Positions 37,937-51,580 of a DNA stretch of 64,000 bases are shown in pieces (the stretch's first letter is position 1; each line of letters begins with the position of its first letter). This DNA is from Squalus acanthias (lineage: Eukaryota). Both the position numbers and the translations under genes were made by a program. The notes beneath the pieces were generated by a model. That model saw nothing but the letters and a program-made list of their open reading frames with translations, was not told the DNA's origin and did no database searches. Where the stretch lies: positions 134,666,001 to 134,730,000 of the forward strand of contig CM059431.1 in assembly GCA_030390025.1 (NCBI GenBank). The letters run 5' to 3'.

Positions 37937-38771
37937 GGCCGCGATTTTATTAATGGAGGCGGGTTGGGTGCGGGTCAGGTGGTTTCTGGCTTCCAGTCCC
38001 GCACCTAGCTGCATCCGGTCCACAGACATGATTTTGCCTTGATTGACCTTGTTAAGCCCGCACTGTGGACTTGCTGGCCAATTAACAGGAAGCCGGTCTG
38101 ATGACGTCATTTGATGACGCGTCAGCTGCCGGTTTTCATAAAGGGACCACGCACAACTTTTTTTTGATAGTTGATTTCTCAGTGTTTAATAGCATTGAGG
38201 TGCTGCAAACACTGACAATCACTGCACAAGGGTGACCTCTTGCACCCAGGCTCTCCAATGACTCCCTCCATAGGCTGGAATAGATGGCAGCTGCAGGTGA
38301 GGTGACAGAAGCGATCTGTCACTGGTGAGAGAGGTTCTCCCAATGAGGTGGCACTGGACATGGATTTAAAAACTTGTAACCTAAAGAAATGTGTAAATGT
38401 ATTAAAAATGCAGTACCCAACAGTTTCTTTCCTCTGAGAATCACCAGTGCAACATTGGATCCTTCACCTGCAGCTGTCATCAATCCAGAAACATTACAGC
38501 AGACTCACAACACACCACACTTACCTGGCGTGGTGTCCGGACATCGGGAAACCCGAGCCAGAAGCGGCAAAATTCAAAAATAGGCTGACAACTACTGGCA
38601 AGTACCTGTTAATAGGCAGATAATTGCCTTTAATCCGATTCCCGCCGCTAGGTGTTTGGAGCTGTTTGGAGGCGGGTTGACGGCGGGATTGCAACCTGCC
38701 ATCAATCAAACCAATTTTAACCTATGACCCGCCTCCAAACCCGCCCTCTGAGCGCTGGCAAAATCGCAGCC
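37937..38771. mobile_element. Harbinger deletion derivative nested 62 bp inside the preceding element
   Basis: ggccgcgatttt / aaaatcgcagcc ends and TSD AAA. The host subterminus resumes at 38772. Confidence 0.82.
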
Positions 38772-38803
38772 AAAGTGATTGACAGCGGGTCGAGAACCCA
38801 ATT

Positions 38804-40400
38804 CATAGAACATAGAAAAATAGGAGCAGGAGTAGGCCATTCGGCCCTTCAAGCCTGCTCCGCCATTCAATATGATCATGGCTGATCCTCTATCTCAATA
38901 CCATACTCCCGCTCTCTCCCCATACCCCTTGATGCCTTTTCTTTCTAGAAATCTATCTATCTCCTTCTTAAATATATTCAGTGACTTGGCCTCCACAGCC
39001 TTCTGTGGTAGAGAATTCCATAGGTTCATAGGTGAAGAAATTTCTCCTCATCTCAGTCCTAAATGTCCTACCCCGTATCCTGAGACTGTGACCCCTCGTT
39101 CTAGACCCCCCAGCCAGGGGAAACTGCATCCAGTCTGTCTAGCCCTGTCAGAATTTTATACGTTTCAATGAGATCTCCTCTCATTCTTCTAAACTCTAGT
39201 GAATACAGGCCTAGTCGACCCAATCTCTCCTCATACGACAGTCCTGCCTTCCCAGGAATCAGTCTGGTGAACCTTCACTGCACTCCCTCTATGGCAAGTA
39301 TATCCTTTCTTAGGTAAGGAGACCAAAACTGCACACAGTACTCCAGGTGTGGTCTCACCAAGGCCCTGTATAACTGTAGTAAGACATCCTTGCTCCTGTA
39401 CTCAAATCCTCTTGCAATGAAGGCCAACATACCATTTGCCTTCCTAACTACTTGCTGCACCTGCATGTTTGCTTTCAGTGACTGGTGTACAAGGACACCC
39501 AGGTCCCTTTGTACATCAACATTTCCCAATCTATCACTATTTAAATAATACTCTGCCTTTCTGTTTTTCCTACCGAAGTGGATAACTTCACATTTATCCA
39601 CGTTATACTGCATCTGCCATGTATTTGCCCACTCACTTAACTTGTCTAAATCGCCTTGAAGCCTCTTTGAAGCATTAGATTTAGGACCCTAGTTTCGGAT
39701 TGGACTACTTCACTTTCCATCTTAATGAAGAATTCTATCATGTTACGATCACTCTTCCCTGAAGGACCCCGCAAAACAAGATTATTAATTAACCCCTTCT
39801 CATTGCACAATACCCAATCTAGGATAGCCGGTTTCCTAGTTGGCTCCTCAACGTACTGGTCTAAAAAACCATCTCGTACACACTCCAGGAATTCATCCTC
39901 CACAGTATTATTGCTAATTTGGTTTGGCCAGTCTATATGTAGATTAAAGTCACCCATGATTACTGTAGTACCCTTGTTACATACATCTCTAATTTCCTGT
40001 TTGATGCCGTCCCCTACATTACCACTACTGTTTGGAGGCCTATAGACAACTCCGACCAATGTTTTCTGCCCCTTGGTGCTTCTTAGCTCCACCCAGACTG
40101 ATTCTACATCTTCATTTTCTGAGCCAATATCCTTTCTCACTATTGCTCTGATTTCATCCTTTACTAACAACGCCACCCCACCTCCTTTTCCTTTTTGCCT
40201 GTCCTTCCTAAATATCGAATATCCTTGGATATTCAGCTCCAAGCCTTGGTCACCCTGCAGCCATGTCTCCATAATCGCAATAATATCATATCCGTTTACA
40301 TCTATTTGCGCTGTTAATTCGTCTACCTTATTACAAATACTTCGTGCATTCAGATACAGTGCCTTTAGATTTGTCTGTTTAACATTTTTAGACATCTTAA
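38804..40400 (-). mobile_element. CR1 LINE with internal deletion (APE domain joined to the RT 3' end)
   Basis: YLNARSI, ETWL, YRPP, GDFN and SD(R) motifs in 39646-40452, plus a CR1 tail at 38804. Confidence 0.9.
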
Positions 40401-43255
40401 CATTTTTTTTCAAATTCAAATCATTATTGGCTTGTTTACAGCCACTTAGCAATTATTTTTTTCCTAGCTTTTTGATTTTAACAGGTCGCCCACCGGTTTC
40501 CCGCTGTACCTAGACCTCGTTAGTGAAGCTGAGGTGGGAGGTGAGTGGCCACTAAATCTGCTGATGAGTTGACAGCTTCAAATGTCAAGTCAAAGCTTCC
40601 AGCTGATTGAAAAACGTTCCCTTAACCATTAGCTTCTCTAAACTGCATTTCCGCTACAGATTCAGAATGTTGTAAGTCTTTACACAAGTCTCCATCCAGT
40701 CTGACCTCATTACCTCTCCCACCATTGACAGATCGCTTCAGTCATCTCTACTTCACCTGCCATCTATTCCATCAGCATGGGTGCCCTTTAGACTCTCTCA
40801 CCTTGGTCTTCAGAATCTGACCACAATCAGCCCCAACACCAGCATCACCAGGCACACCAGCAGTACCAACAACAACACCAACCTTCTCCGCAATCACCTG
40901 ATGCTGCACAGGACAGAGGGCATCAGCACCTGACCACATTACTGCCTGGGAGGCGAGTGATGGCCTCACCATGGCCAGATTTACTTCACTTGACGCTGTA
41001 CACCCTGGCTGTCACATAATGCGCCAGGTTGGCACCACCCCACACCAACAACATAAAGCATCCTGACAATGTCCAAGCCATTCCTTTCACACTCACCACC
41101 ATTGCGGGGGGTACCGTTCTGTCTCACCATTCACTGCAACTCACTAAGCCACTTCCAAAGGTGCACACAAATCTGACCAAGAATGCAAAGTGTTGAAAAT
41201 AAAGATTTCAATGTTTGACAGCATATTAACAGAAACTTCACATGAACATTGGCTAAATGTGCCTACCCATGTGTGTTGTTAGTTGGTCTGATTGCACTCG
41301 GATGAGGGTGAGTGTGAGGGGTGGCTAGTGTGATGGGAATGTGATAATGTAGATCGAGAGGGATGGGTGGAGGTGCAAGGTAAGATGGTGTGAGTAAGGA
41401 TGTGCAGGAGTAGTGTGGGGAAGGCAGAGTGATGGGGATGTGATGAGTGGCACAGCAGGATGAGGCTGAGTGTGGCTTTGCAGTAACGTTTCATGATCTA
41501 CCGAGATAATTGAAAGGTTTGCGTTACTGCAGTCTGGTCCTCCTGACGACATCCCTGCTTGTGCCCTCCTCTGCAATATGCAACCAGGCTGTGATGGTAT
41601 CCTGGGGGGGTGACTTCTGCCCATCGGAAGGGAAGAGGACCTCCCTGCGAGCTGTGATTCCCTCCAAAAGCATATGGAGGAAGTCATGGGAGAGCCTGGG
41701 TGCAGCTGTGCACCTCTGTGCAGCGCTTGTCAGTGTTTGCAGCACCTCAATGCTGTAGAACACTGACAGCACAACCGTCAAAATCAATTTGCGCATGGTT
41801 CCTTGAAGGAAACCGGCTGATGATGCGTCATCAAATGACGTCATCAGACCTGCTTCCTTCAATTGGCCGGCAAACTCACTGGATGGGCTTAACAAGCCCA
41901 ATCAGGGGAAAGTCATGTCGGAGGCCGGTATGGAGCCAGCAGCGGGGCTGCGACCTGCCATGGACCTGCCACGGTAGGGAAAATTGCGGCCTTTGTTACG
42001 AAAATCGATTTACTTCTATAAATAACTGTTTTGGAATTATACATTTTTCTAATAAATGAGAAGAAAATGCCCGTTGTTTGATGTGGGATATGGAAGTCGA
42101 AGTTTGTGTACGGCCATGTGTAAAAGGGTTTTTATCAGGGGTGCTGTAAATATTCAGCAAACTGTATTTCCTACACAAAGAGATGTTGAGACATTTAGGT
42201 GTAGAATAGGAAGGTCCATGGTTTAAAATAAAGAGCTACACCTATCCAATGGCAGCAAATAACTGACCATACGTATTTACCTATTGTACGGCACTAGTTA
42301 ACAATTTGGATTTAGTGGGATGTGAAATGACGCTCGTTGTCTATTACTTCATTTTGTCCCCTTGTTCCAGTTCTCTTTTTCTTTCTTTTTATGAGGTTTG
42401 TTTTTTAAAAAGTCACTGCCTTGGTCATCCAATATGTACATGAAAACACCGCAGTTCGGTCACATTAACTAAATCAACCATCGACATTAAACTGTTAGAG
42501 TTAACCAAATGGAAAATGATTGTAAAGATAATGTACAGTCAATGAAACCAGAATACTGGTCCCCTTACACGGTGCAACAGGCTTCCTACGCCTGTTGGCA
42601 CCAAATTTTAAAATTTTCAGCATAATTACCTCACAGTTGGTGGGCAATTAGCCCAACTTTTCGCCAGCATGTTCATTTGTATGAGGAGGTGAAAGATTCA
42701 GCGAAGACTACGTGCCTTCGGAACTTGACAGATCGCAAGTTTGAGATTTCTTGCAGTTTCATACGGCGTCATACCGACCACAAATTCAGGGCCAACGTAA
42801 TCCCCATTTTACAATCATACATTCTGTCCTTATTCTTACATAATATACTTTGATATTATATTATACTTTATAGTTAAATAGCAAAACAATTTTGGAAGCA
42901 GAGAAATAGAGTTGGTTGAATTGACAGTATTTGTTTAAGATGGAAATAATTTAATTATTTTTCCCTCCTCTCACCCAAAATATTTTTCTCAATTACTTAC
43001 ATGATAAGATATTTTCTTTTCTCTATTTGCACTGAAACTTGTAGCTGAATTTTCATTGGTGTAGCACTGCAGCAAGGAAGCTTTTTCCACCATCAAGTCT
43101 CTATTGACTAGCACGTTGATGAGGTAGTCAGTCACTATGCTCTGGCCCTGACGCACTCCACCTCCAGTGTCCGAGCTCAACATCAAAGCACCTCACAAAT
43201 GATTCTTCTAGCCTCAGCAAAACCATCAGTATCCCCAAGTGGCACAAAACACTTT

Positions 43256-43819
43256 GGGGAGAATTTTAACCCCCCAAAACAGGCGGGTTTGGGTCGGGTG
43301 CGATGTTAAAATATTAAAAATCTGAATCCCGACCCCAACCCGTCCACTTCCGGTTTTAACAGAGGCGGGCAACCAACCCGCTCCCAGGAGGCGGATTGGC
43401 AATTTAAATATTATAATGAGGTTGCGTGCCTCATATTTAACCACCATTTCCACTTACCTGCTGGATCCAGTTTATCTGCTTCACCCACCCACTGCGATCA
43501 GACACCCCCAGACCTTTCTGATCTCCCCCCACCGACCCTTCTGATCTCCTCCATGAGGTTGCCGATCTCTTCCTGACACTTCTGATCTCCACCTGCCCCC
43601 GAGGCCTCGATCCCTCCCTCCTCTCCGCCCTGCTCCCTGACTGCGGCCTGGTGCCAAAGGCCTATTTGCCAGCCAGTCAGCCAGCCTTTCAATCTGGCTA
43701 GCTGTGGCTGAGAAACAGAGACAAAATAATACTAATCGGGTCCTGCCGTTAAATTCGGCAGGACCGGAGGGAAACCTATCCCCCAGCTCCCTCGCCACCT
43801 CCAAGATAATATCCAGCCG
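43256..43819. mobile_element. Harbinger MITE, cargo-free relative of 25623-27516
   Basis: ggggagaattttaac / gataatatccagccg ends and TSD TTT. Confidence 0.8.
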
Positions 43820-43949
43820 TTTATACCAAACTGCACTATTTGCTCAGAATATTCATTTAATTGCTTAAACTGTATAAAATACTGAAATAATATTCTATTT
43901 TTCTATTTCCTAGTCTCTCATTATTTGTAAACTGATATGTGACACAGGT

Positions 43950-44097
43950 CACAGAATCACAGAATCCCCACAGTACAGATAGAGGCCATTTCGGCCCATC
44001 GAGCCTGCACCGACACATATCCCACCCTATCCCCGTAACCCCACGTATTTACTCCCCCCTAACACTAAGGGTCAATTTATCATAGCCAAATCAACCA
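43950..44097 (-). mobile_element. 5'-truncated V-SINE (HE1-like) 3' part
   Basis: Reverse complement matches 52090-52220, and a CR1-type tail is present. Confidence 0.75.
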
Positions 44098-45349
44098 GGT
44101 TGCTGAGTTAAAACTCCTGAGTATTGAGGTTCCCTGGGAACAGGGTGTAAATTACACCGACAACTCTCATAATGAATCTCTCTCACACACAATAGGAGCT
44201 AGAACTCCTCAAGGCCCAGATGAAATATAAAACTCCAGTTTCAAAATCAGAACAAAATCTCATTGGGGAAGTTCTTGCAGTAATTTTAACACTGAATGAC
44301 TAATTTTGTGGAGTAGTTTAGTGATTTTTTTGTCAGAATTCAATATTATGTATTATTTTTAATGGCGTACACTGAGCTGAGTGAGGAAGAAAAATGGTAG
44401 CTGAATTGTTTGAGTATATTTGATTTGCTTTGTGATAGTTGCTGGTTCCAGTTCACTGTACTTGGAAGAAAAGTTGAATGGTTCTTTTGGGTGGTTTTGT
44501 GTTTATTTATTGTTGATTGGTAGCTTTCCCTACCTATCCAGTGAATGAAGGTGGTATTTGATTGTCTCACATATTCCATTGACTATATGTGAACCAATCA
44601 GCACAGTTAACTTAACAGACCATGCAGAAGCAGGTCATTTGATCCATCATGTCTGTGCTAGCGGTTTGCTAGAGCGATCCAAAACTAATTCCTCTCCCAT
44701 ATCTTTCTCTGCTTCAAATATTTATCTACTCTTTCTTTAAAAGATCCAATGGGCTCTGCTTTAACTGCCTTCAAAGGCGTTCTTGGCATCATACCTCACT
44801 GTTTCTTCACACAAATGTCAAGTACCCCACTGGAGGAGTGCCTGAAGAAACCTGGCACATGGCCTGCCTCAGGATCCCTGCAGACCAGAGGGCCTGTGGC
44901 AATCCCAGGAGCAGGCCAAAGATTGCCGTTCTCCAGCAACAGCCAGAAGGTCCCAATTCCAGGAGCCAAGAGCACAGCTGCAGGCCTGTTTGCATTCCGA
45001 TATTTAGATACATGGCCCAGTCAGGGGCTGAGCTTGCACCAGGAGTCCACAAGGCCATGAAAATGTGGGGCAGAAAAATCATGTATTCCCATTTTCTAAC
45101 CGACGTAGTACAATTGGTCGTGTTTGACACTCAGTGGGAGATCATAGAGAATAATGGGCCCTAAGATTTTTAATTATATGACTAGGCATATTTCATTGAG
45201 GGCCCTCTTAATTGTCTTCTCTTGTAAGGTGAAAATTGAGCTTTTCTAACTTTTTGCCATTACAATTGGAATTTTTTTGTTTCTTTTCTCTGCACCTTTA
45301 CCAAAGCATGCACATTCGGTTTGTAGCATAGTTTCCAAACTTCTTAATA

Positions 45350-45762
45350 CAGGAAACTTTCGTTTATCCGGCATCGACGGGACCGGCGTGGTGCCGGTTT
45401 ATCGAAAGTACCGGATAACAGAGAGTTATATCTACCGAGGCTATTTTTAACAAAGAGACTCCAAGCAGCGCGGGAGAATCAACTCCTGCTACTGCAATGT
45501 TTCGGACTTGCGACAGCGCCAGGAGGCCGAGTAGTGGCACTTTTGAAAAGTACCCCTACTGACTAAATCGGCGTTCGCGGACTCGGGATCGGCAACATTG
45601 CCGGTTATTTGAGAGGATTTTTCGGAGCACTCGGCGTTCGCGGAGACTCGACTGCGACTCGGCAACATTGCCGGTTATTTGAGAGGAGTTTTCGGAGGAT
45701 GATTTTTGCCGGTTAAGCGAGAATTCCGGATATTTGGGTGCCGGATAAACGAAAGTTTCCTG
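45350..45762. mobile_element. Tigger MITE, deletion derivative of 51051-54077
   Basis: TIR CAGGAAACTTTCGTTTATCCGGCA and TA TSD. Both arms are nearly identical to the parent ends. Confidence 0.93.
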
Positions 45763-47479
45763 TACTTCAAGTGTGGTCTGACCAGTGCATTGTACAACCT
45801 CAGTATAATCAGGTTTGTTCTGTATTATTCTGGTGTATATCCCAGCATTTACCATTTTTTATTGTTTTGCCACATTATCTGGACATTGGCAGTGATGAGT
45901 CTACCAACCCCTTATTTGAATCTTCCTGTGATAATTCTATTCTATTCATTTTGTACTTTGCCAATCCCTAATAGTTTGCATTTGTCAGTATTAAATTTCG
46001 TCTGACATCTGTCTGCCAATTTGCCTAAAATTATGCAAATTATTTTTCAAATCGTTATGTGCATCCTCAGTTTCTAATTTTTTCCCTGTTTTAATGCCAT
46101 CTGCCAAGTCTTACATTTAGTTTCAGTTTTCAGGTAATTTATATTTATGTTCCTGTGAAGCACCTTGGGAGGTTTTACTATGTTAAAGACACTATATAAA
46201 TGCAAGTTGTTGTTGTTGAGAGAAAGAGATTTAAGACTGATATCTGTGGGCTTCCACTCAACATCCTCCCCCCACCCCCCACCCAATTTAAGAATATATC
46301 TCTAACTGGTACTCTCCATTTCCTATCTTTTAATTAACTTTGCATGCAATCTCTTAATCTGTCTTGCTTTCAGCTTTCACACAAAACCTTGTCAAAAGCC
46401 TTTTGAAAGTCCAAATAAAATGTTATCATATGTAATTCTACCATCTACTTTACCTGTAACTCCTCAAAGAAGTCAAAGAAAGAAAGAGCTTGCATTTATA
46501 TATCACTTTATCATGTCTCACAGAAATGTTCAAAAGCACTTCACATACAATGAATCACTTTCTGCAGTCACTGTTGTCATGGAGGTGAATGCCTAGTCGA
46601 GATGTGTCAGGCATGATCTTCCCCTTGTTGTAAAACTACAGAAAATCTTGAAGGGCAAAGCTTTTTTTTTATTTTCATGAAGGCAAGGGAAGTCAATGCT
46701 GGAGAATGAAGCACTTATCCACTTGTGGAATGCAATATCAATGTCAAGCACCTCCAGGGTAGACAACACAGGCTGGGTGCAGAGTAAAGATGTTTGTGAA
46801 TCAGTATGATCTTTTCATTTCCTACACTAGACATCTTTATGGCCTTGCCAATTGGTGCTTATTTATGGAGTTATGTACTGTTGATTCATGACTATTAGAA
46901 ACTGAGTTCAAGTTTCCCAAACTCATTACACATAACAGATCAAGGAAAATTTCATCCCAACCCTCTGGGATAGACTATAATCCAGAGGTGAATGGTTTCT
47001 GACAACCCACTGTTCTAACCAGTCTCCTAGAATAGTTTTTAAAATAATATTAATTGATAAAGCTCATTACTCTAAATACCACTTAAGTTAACCACTACTT
47101 TTAATTACATAAAGTTTCTAAATTTTAGATTTTTTAAACAATTAATAAAACCAGTTAGTTACTACTTAATATTCTGATAATTGAATAGATATTGAAAATC
47201 CTGATCCATTTTCTAGCTGCATACATTATGTTCACCCTTGGTAAATGAATTATATACATTCTTGGTAACTGAATAAAGTTAAAAGTTATATTCTGTTCAC
47301 TGAATGTTTTTGCATTTGCAGCTCCCATTCTGCGCAGAAGAGTAACTGTTAAAAAACCTATTTAAACAACCTGCCAAATTACAGCAAGTCACAAGTATGA
47401 CACCTTTTTGCTTTTTGTTCTTAATGCTACTTTCCTTGCTGGACTAGAAATATATTGATCTAGGAAGCAGTTTTGGATG

Positions 47480-48500
47480 CATTCTAAACAGTGACCACAT
47501 GCATTATCTTTATTCCAGTCTCTCTTGAGATAGTTAAAAATCATCCAAATATTATTGTGCTGTTGCTCTCCTATATCTCTCTGAAGTGTTGGCAGATCTC
47601 CCCCTCTTTCTCATGTTCATTGTTGGTGGCCTGTAATGTACATTGAGAATTGTACCAGTCCCTTTCCTATTCCTTAATTCTATCCATAGGGATTCTGTCT
47701 TAACTCAACCGCTAGAACATCGTTAAATTCTAGAGAAGCATTAGAACCTTGATTAGTCCTGCCACACAACCACTCTTCCCCCTTTTATCTCTTCTGAAGA
47801 TGGCATAACAAGGAATATTACATTCCCAGCACTGTCAGACCTGAGCCGTATCTTTGTTATAGCTACTTTATCATATCCCTCTGTAGTTATTAATGCTTCT
47901 AAATTTCTAATTTTGCTTTAAATGCTTTGTGCATTCACATATGTACCACTCAATCCTGACTTGACTTTTCTTGCAATGTTGAACTTTCTTCCTGCTTTTC
48001 TTCTTTAATTTTGCCCCATCCCCAAAAATGTGTTTTAATCATTCACTATTTCAAAGTCTTTTTTTTCACCCATTCCCTTCTTAATATTTTCTCACTATTC
48101 TAGTAAATTCCAGCTAAGCCTCCTGCTTCAATTCCAACAGATTTATTAATCCTGCTGTCCAAGCCAGACTTTCCCCACCCCCTGCCATATTAGTTTAAAT
48201 CCTCCCCATTCCTCAGTTTACCTTCTCCACAAAGACGATTTCAGCAATTGGTGTGATTTCAGTTGAGATGTTGGTGCTCCCTTCAGTATAGTCTTCCCTT
48301 GTTCCAGAACTCATCCCAATGCACCAAGAATGTGAATCCTTCCCACGCAAATTAACCATCCTGACCTTAACCTCTTAACCTATCCAGCTTGTTACATGGG
48401 AAGTGATCTGGAGAGTAATACCCTTGATGTGTTATTTTTCAATCTAGTTCCTAACTCCCTAAACTCCCTCTGCAAGACCTTAAACGTATTTCTAGCTATG
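47480..48500 (-). mobile_element. Old CR1 endonuclease/ORF1 remnant
   Basis: Reverse strand reads YVNAQSI..KIRNLEALI..GYD.VAIT and IFRRD. Boundaries are approximate. Confidence 0.6.
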
Positions 48501-48801
48501 TCATTAGTTCTGGATGTGGGGGAGGAAGGTAACCTCAGGGTTGAACATGTTGCCAAGGTTCCAAACCTGTATATCCAGGAGATAGCTGGGTATCATCATG
48601 TGGAAACTAATCCCATACTTCCAGATAACATTGGCAAGGGGCAGCATCGAATTAGTCAAGAGGGGGGTGGGGGTGGGCAAGGATGGGGTACATGAATGGC
48701 GACAATGAGAAGAGAAGATGAGAAGATATTGGCAGCAATGCAGTGCATGTTTTGAGTCAGGCAACAGAAGAACTGGGTGAAAGGAGAAGAAGAGAGACAT
48801 A

Positions 48802-49543
48802 GGGCTGGATTTTGATACTGGGGCGGGTTGGGGTCATGTCATCCGCATTTCGTGTTATCCACCCGACTGCAATTGGATGTGGGAGATTGATGCAATTTTC
48901 ACCTAATTGGGCAATTGAGTTCCAGCATGTGGGAACCCATGAACCAATTAGTGGTTTCAGTCTGAAAGTCGCCTCTGATGATGTCATCATTGCTGCTGCA
49001 TTGCAGGTCAGAGACTGCCTGGCCTTTGCTGTGAGAGGACCTGGATGCAAAATGAGCAGCAGCAGCAGCAGAGAGAGAGAGAGAGAGAATTTTGTTTTTG
49101 CATCTAGGTCCTCTCACAACAAAGGCTAGGCATTCTTCAAATGCAGCAGCATCAGAGGCGACTTTCAGACCTAACACTACTACTACCTTCATCACATCTC
49201 CGTTGTAATAGTGGACCTGCAGCTGAGAGTCAGCAATCCACTTGTGCTCCCGCCAGGTTTCACTGGCGTGTTTCAGATCAGGCGTGCATCACGTGGGAAA
49301 AGGGTTAAACTAGCTAAAAAGTATCAAAATGGCATTACAGAGCCAATTTAGGGCTTATTAAGGGCTTTAATGGCCTCTCCCGCCTCTTGGAGGCGGGACG
49401 GAGACGGGACTACCGCACATGATTTCATCAAAATTACGTGGAGGCGGAATGGAGGCGGGATCGGGTCCGCCCACCACTTTTCGCAATTTTAACCCCCCAC
49501 ACGCCTCCAAACCCGCCTCCACGGGTCAATGAAAATCCAGCCC
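48802..49543. mobile_element. Harbinger MITE (GGGCTGGATTTT family)
   Basis: Perfect TIR and TSD ATA. Confidence 0.9.
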
Positions 49544-50249
49544 ATAGAGACAGAGAGACAGAGAGAAAAAGTGAGACAAAGATAGAAACACTTGCCTTTC
49601 ACGACCACTGGACGTCCCAAAGCACTTTACAGCCAATTAAGTACTTTTTAAAAAAGTATAGTCACTGTTGTAATGTAGAAAACACTGCAACCAATTTGCG
49701 CACAGCAAGCTCTCACAAACAGCAATGTGATAATGACCAGATAATCTGTTTCAGTGATGTTGATTGAGGGATAAATATTAGCCAGGACAGGTAGAGAAAG
49801 TGTAAGGTAGCACAGACAGTTAGCGTGCTTCAGACAACCACTGAGGTGCAGCATTCATTGCTTGTAAACTTAGTAAACATTTCACACTTAGGGATTACAG
49901 CATCTGGATCAAGGATATAAAAATAAATTGTAGATAACCTGGCCACAAAACTTGGCATGCACCAATTTAAATCCCCAAATAATTGCAAACTGCAGAGAAA
50001 TCACAGTCCGTTAGAAAGGAAAAATGTATATACACATAATCCTGGTCAAAGCAACACCACGGATCAGCAGTCTGTTTCTCACAAACATCGCAAGTTATTA
50101 ACGACCCCTCCCTTTCCCTGATACATAACCAAATTTGTCCAGGAGTGAACATCTGGACTACACCACAAAACAGCAGTTGCACAGTAAGCCCTGGTCCAGC
50201 AGGGGAGAGAGAGAGAGAAAGAGGGAGAGAGAAAAAGAGAAAGAGAGAG

Positions 50250-50650
50250 AACTTGCATTTATATAGCGACTTTCACAACTTCAGAATGTCCCAAAGTGCT
50301 TCACTGCTTCACAGCCAACGTAGGGAAAAGTGGCAGCAAATTACTGCATAGCAAGCTCCCACAAACAGCAATTCAATGATTGGTTGAGGGAAAAATATGG
50401 ACCAGCACATGGGGAGAACGTCCCTGCTCTTCTTCAGAAAGTACCATGAGATCTTTTACATCCACCTGAAAGACCAGATGAGGTCTCAGTTTAACGTCTC
50501 ATCTGAAAGATGGAACATCTAACAATGCAGCTATCCCTCAATATTGCACTGAAGTGTTAGCCTAGATTATGTGCTCAAGTCTCTGGAGTGGGGCTTGAAT
50601 CCACAACCATCTGATTCAGAGCGAAGAGTGCTGCCACTGTGCCAAGGCTA
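50250..50650 (-). mobile_element. tRNA-derived Deu-domain SINE (SacSINE1/AmnSINE-like); partial copy at about 49594-49790
   Basis: Deu core gatcttttacatccacctga...gtttaacgtctcatctgaaaga, a B-box-like head and an L2-like tail. Confidence 0.75.
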
Positions 50651-51580
50651 TACCTAGTGCCTCAGAGATGGACTGAAGATGAGGGAGATGTTAAAGGGTG
50701 GAGTGGTCAATGGTATCAAAGGCACAGAGAGGTTCAGTAGGATAAGAAGGACTAAAGAACCAGTCACATATGATGTAATTTGTGACTAATACAGTCTCCA
50801 TATTGTGGGTGGGAGGGAAGCTAGATTGGAGGGACTCAGTAGGAGTGGCAGAGAAAGGTAGCAGTATAATTGCAAGACAAGAACATATTCCAGGCCTTGA
50901 GGGGAAGGGAAAATTTGTGATAGCAGTAGTTGGAGAGCAGTAGTTGGAAAGAGTAAAGGTATTTCAGGCGTGTTTCTTGAGGGCAGTGATAATAGTGATT
51001 TTGAAGGAGATGGGGACAGTGCTGGATGAGAGCAACAGGTTGACAATGTACAGGAAACTTTCGTTTATCCGGCACCCAAACATCCGGAATTCTCGCTTAA
51101 CCGGCAAAAATCATCCTCCGAAAACTCCTCTCAAATAACCGGCAATGTTGCCGAGTCGCAGTCGAGTCTCCGCGAACGCCGAGTGCTCCAAAAACTCCTC
51201 TCAAATAACCGGCAATGTTGCCGATCCCGAGTCCGAGTCCGCGAACGCCGATTTAGTCAGTAGGGGTACTTTTCAAAAGTGCCACTACTCGGCCTCCTGG
51301 CGCTGTCGGAAGTCCGAAACACTGCAGTAGCAGGAGTTGATTCTCCCGCGCTGCCTGGAGTCTCTTCTGAGCGGCCATTTTGCTGGGTGTCTCCCACGAT
51401 GCTGGTAGTCTCTTCTGATCCACCATTTTGCTGTGTGTCTCCCACGCTGCTGGTACTGTAGTCTCTTCTGATCCACCATTTTGCTGTGTGTCTCCCACGC
51501 TGCTGGTAGTCTCTTCCTAGCCACCATTGTTCTGTGTGTCTTTCCATCTTCATCGGCAATTATCTCCTCCATCTTGCATT

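Larger units (their letters stand above)
37875..41991. mobile_element. Internally deleted Harbinger (family B)
   Basis: TIR ggccgcaatttt / aaaattgcggcc with flanks TAT/TTT. It retains fused transposase ends (about 40777-40990) and Myb exon 1 (about 41490-41720, minus). Confidence 0.82.
37472..42793. mobile_element. Old non-autonomous Harbinger-type element (about 1.2 kb of its own sequence), outermost of a nested stack
   Basis: 20-bp TIR with 17 matches (ggtcctgaatttgcggtcag vs ccgaccacaaattcagggcc) and flanks AAT/AAC. Confidence 0.65.

Noticed and set aside
43000..43186. Minus ORF ending at a gtaagt donor
   Set aside because: No resemblance to the expected upstream UGGT2 exon.
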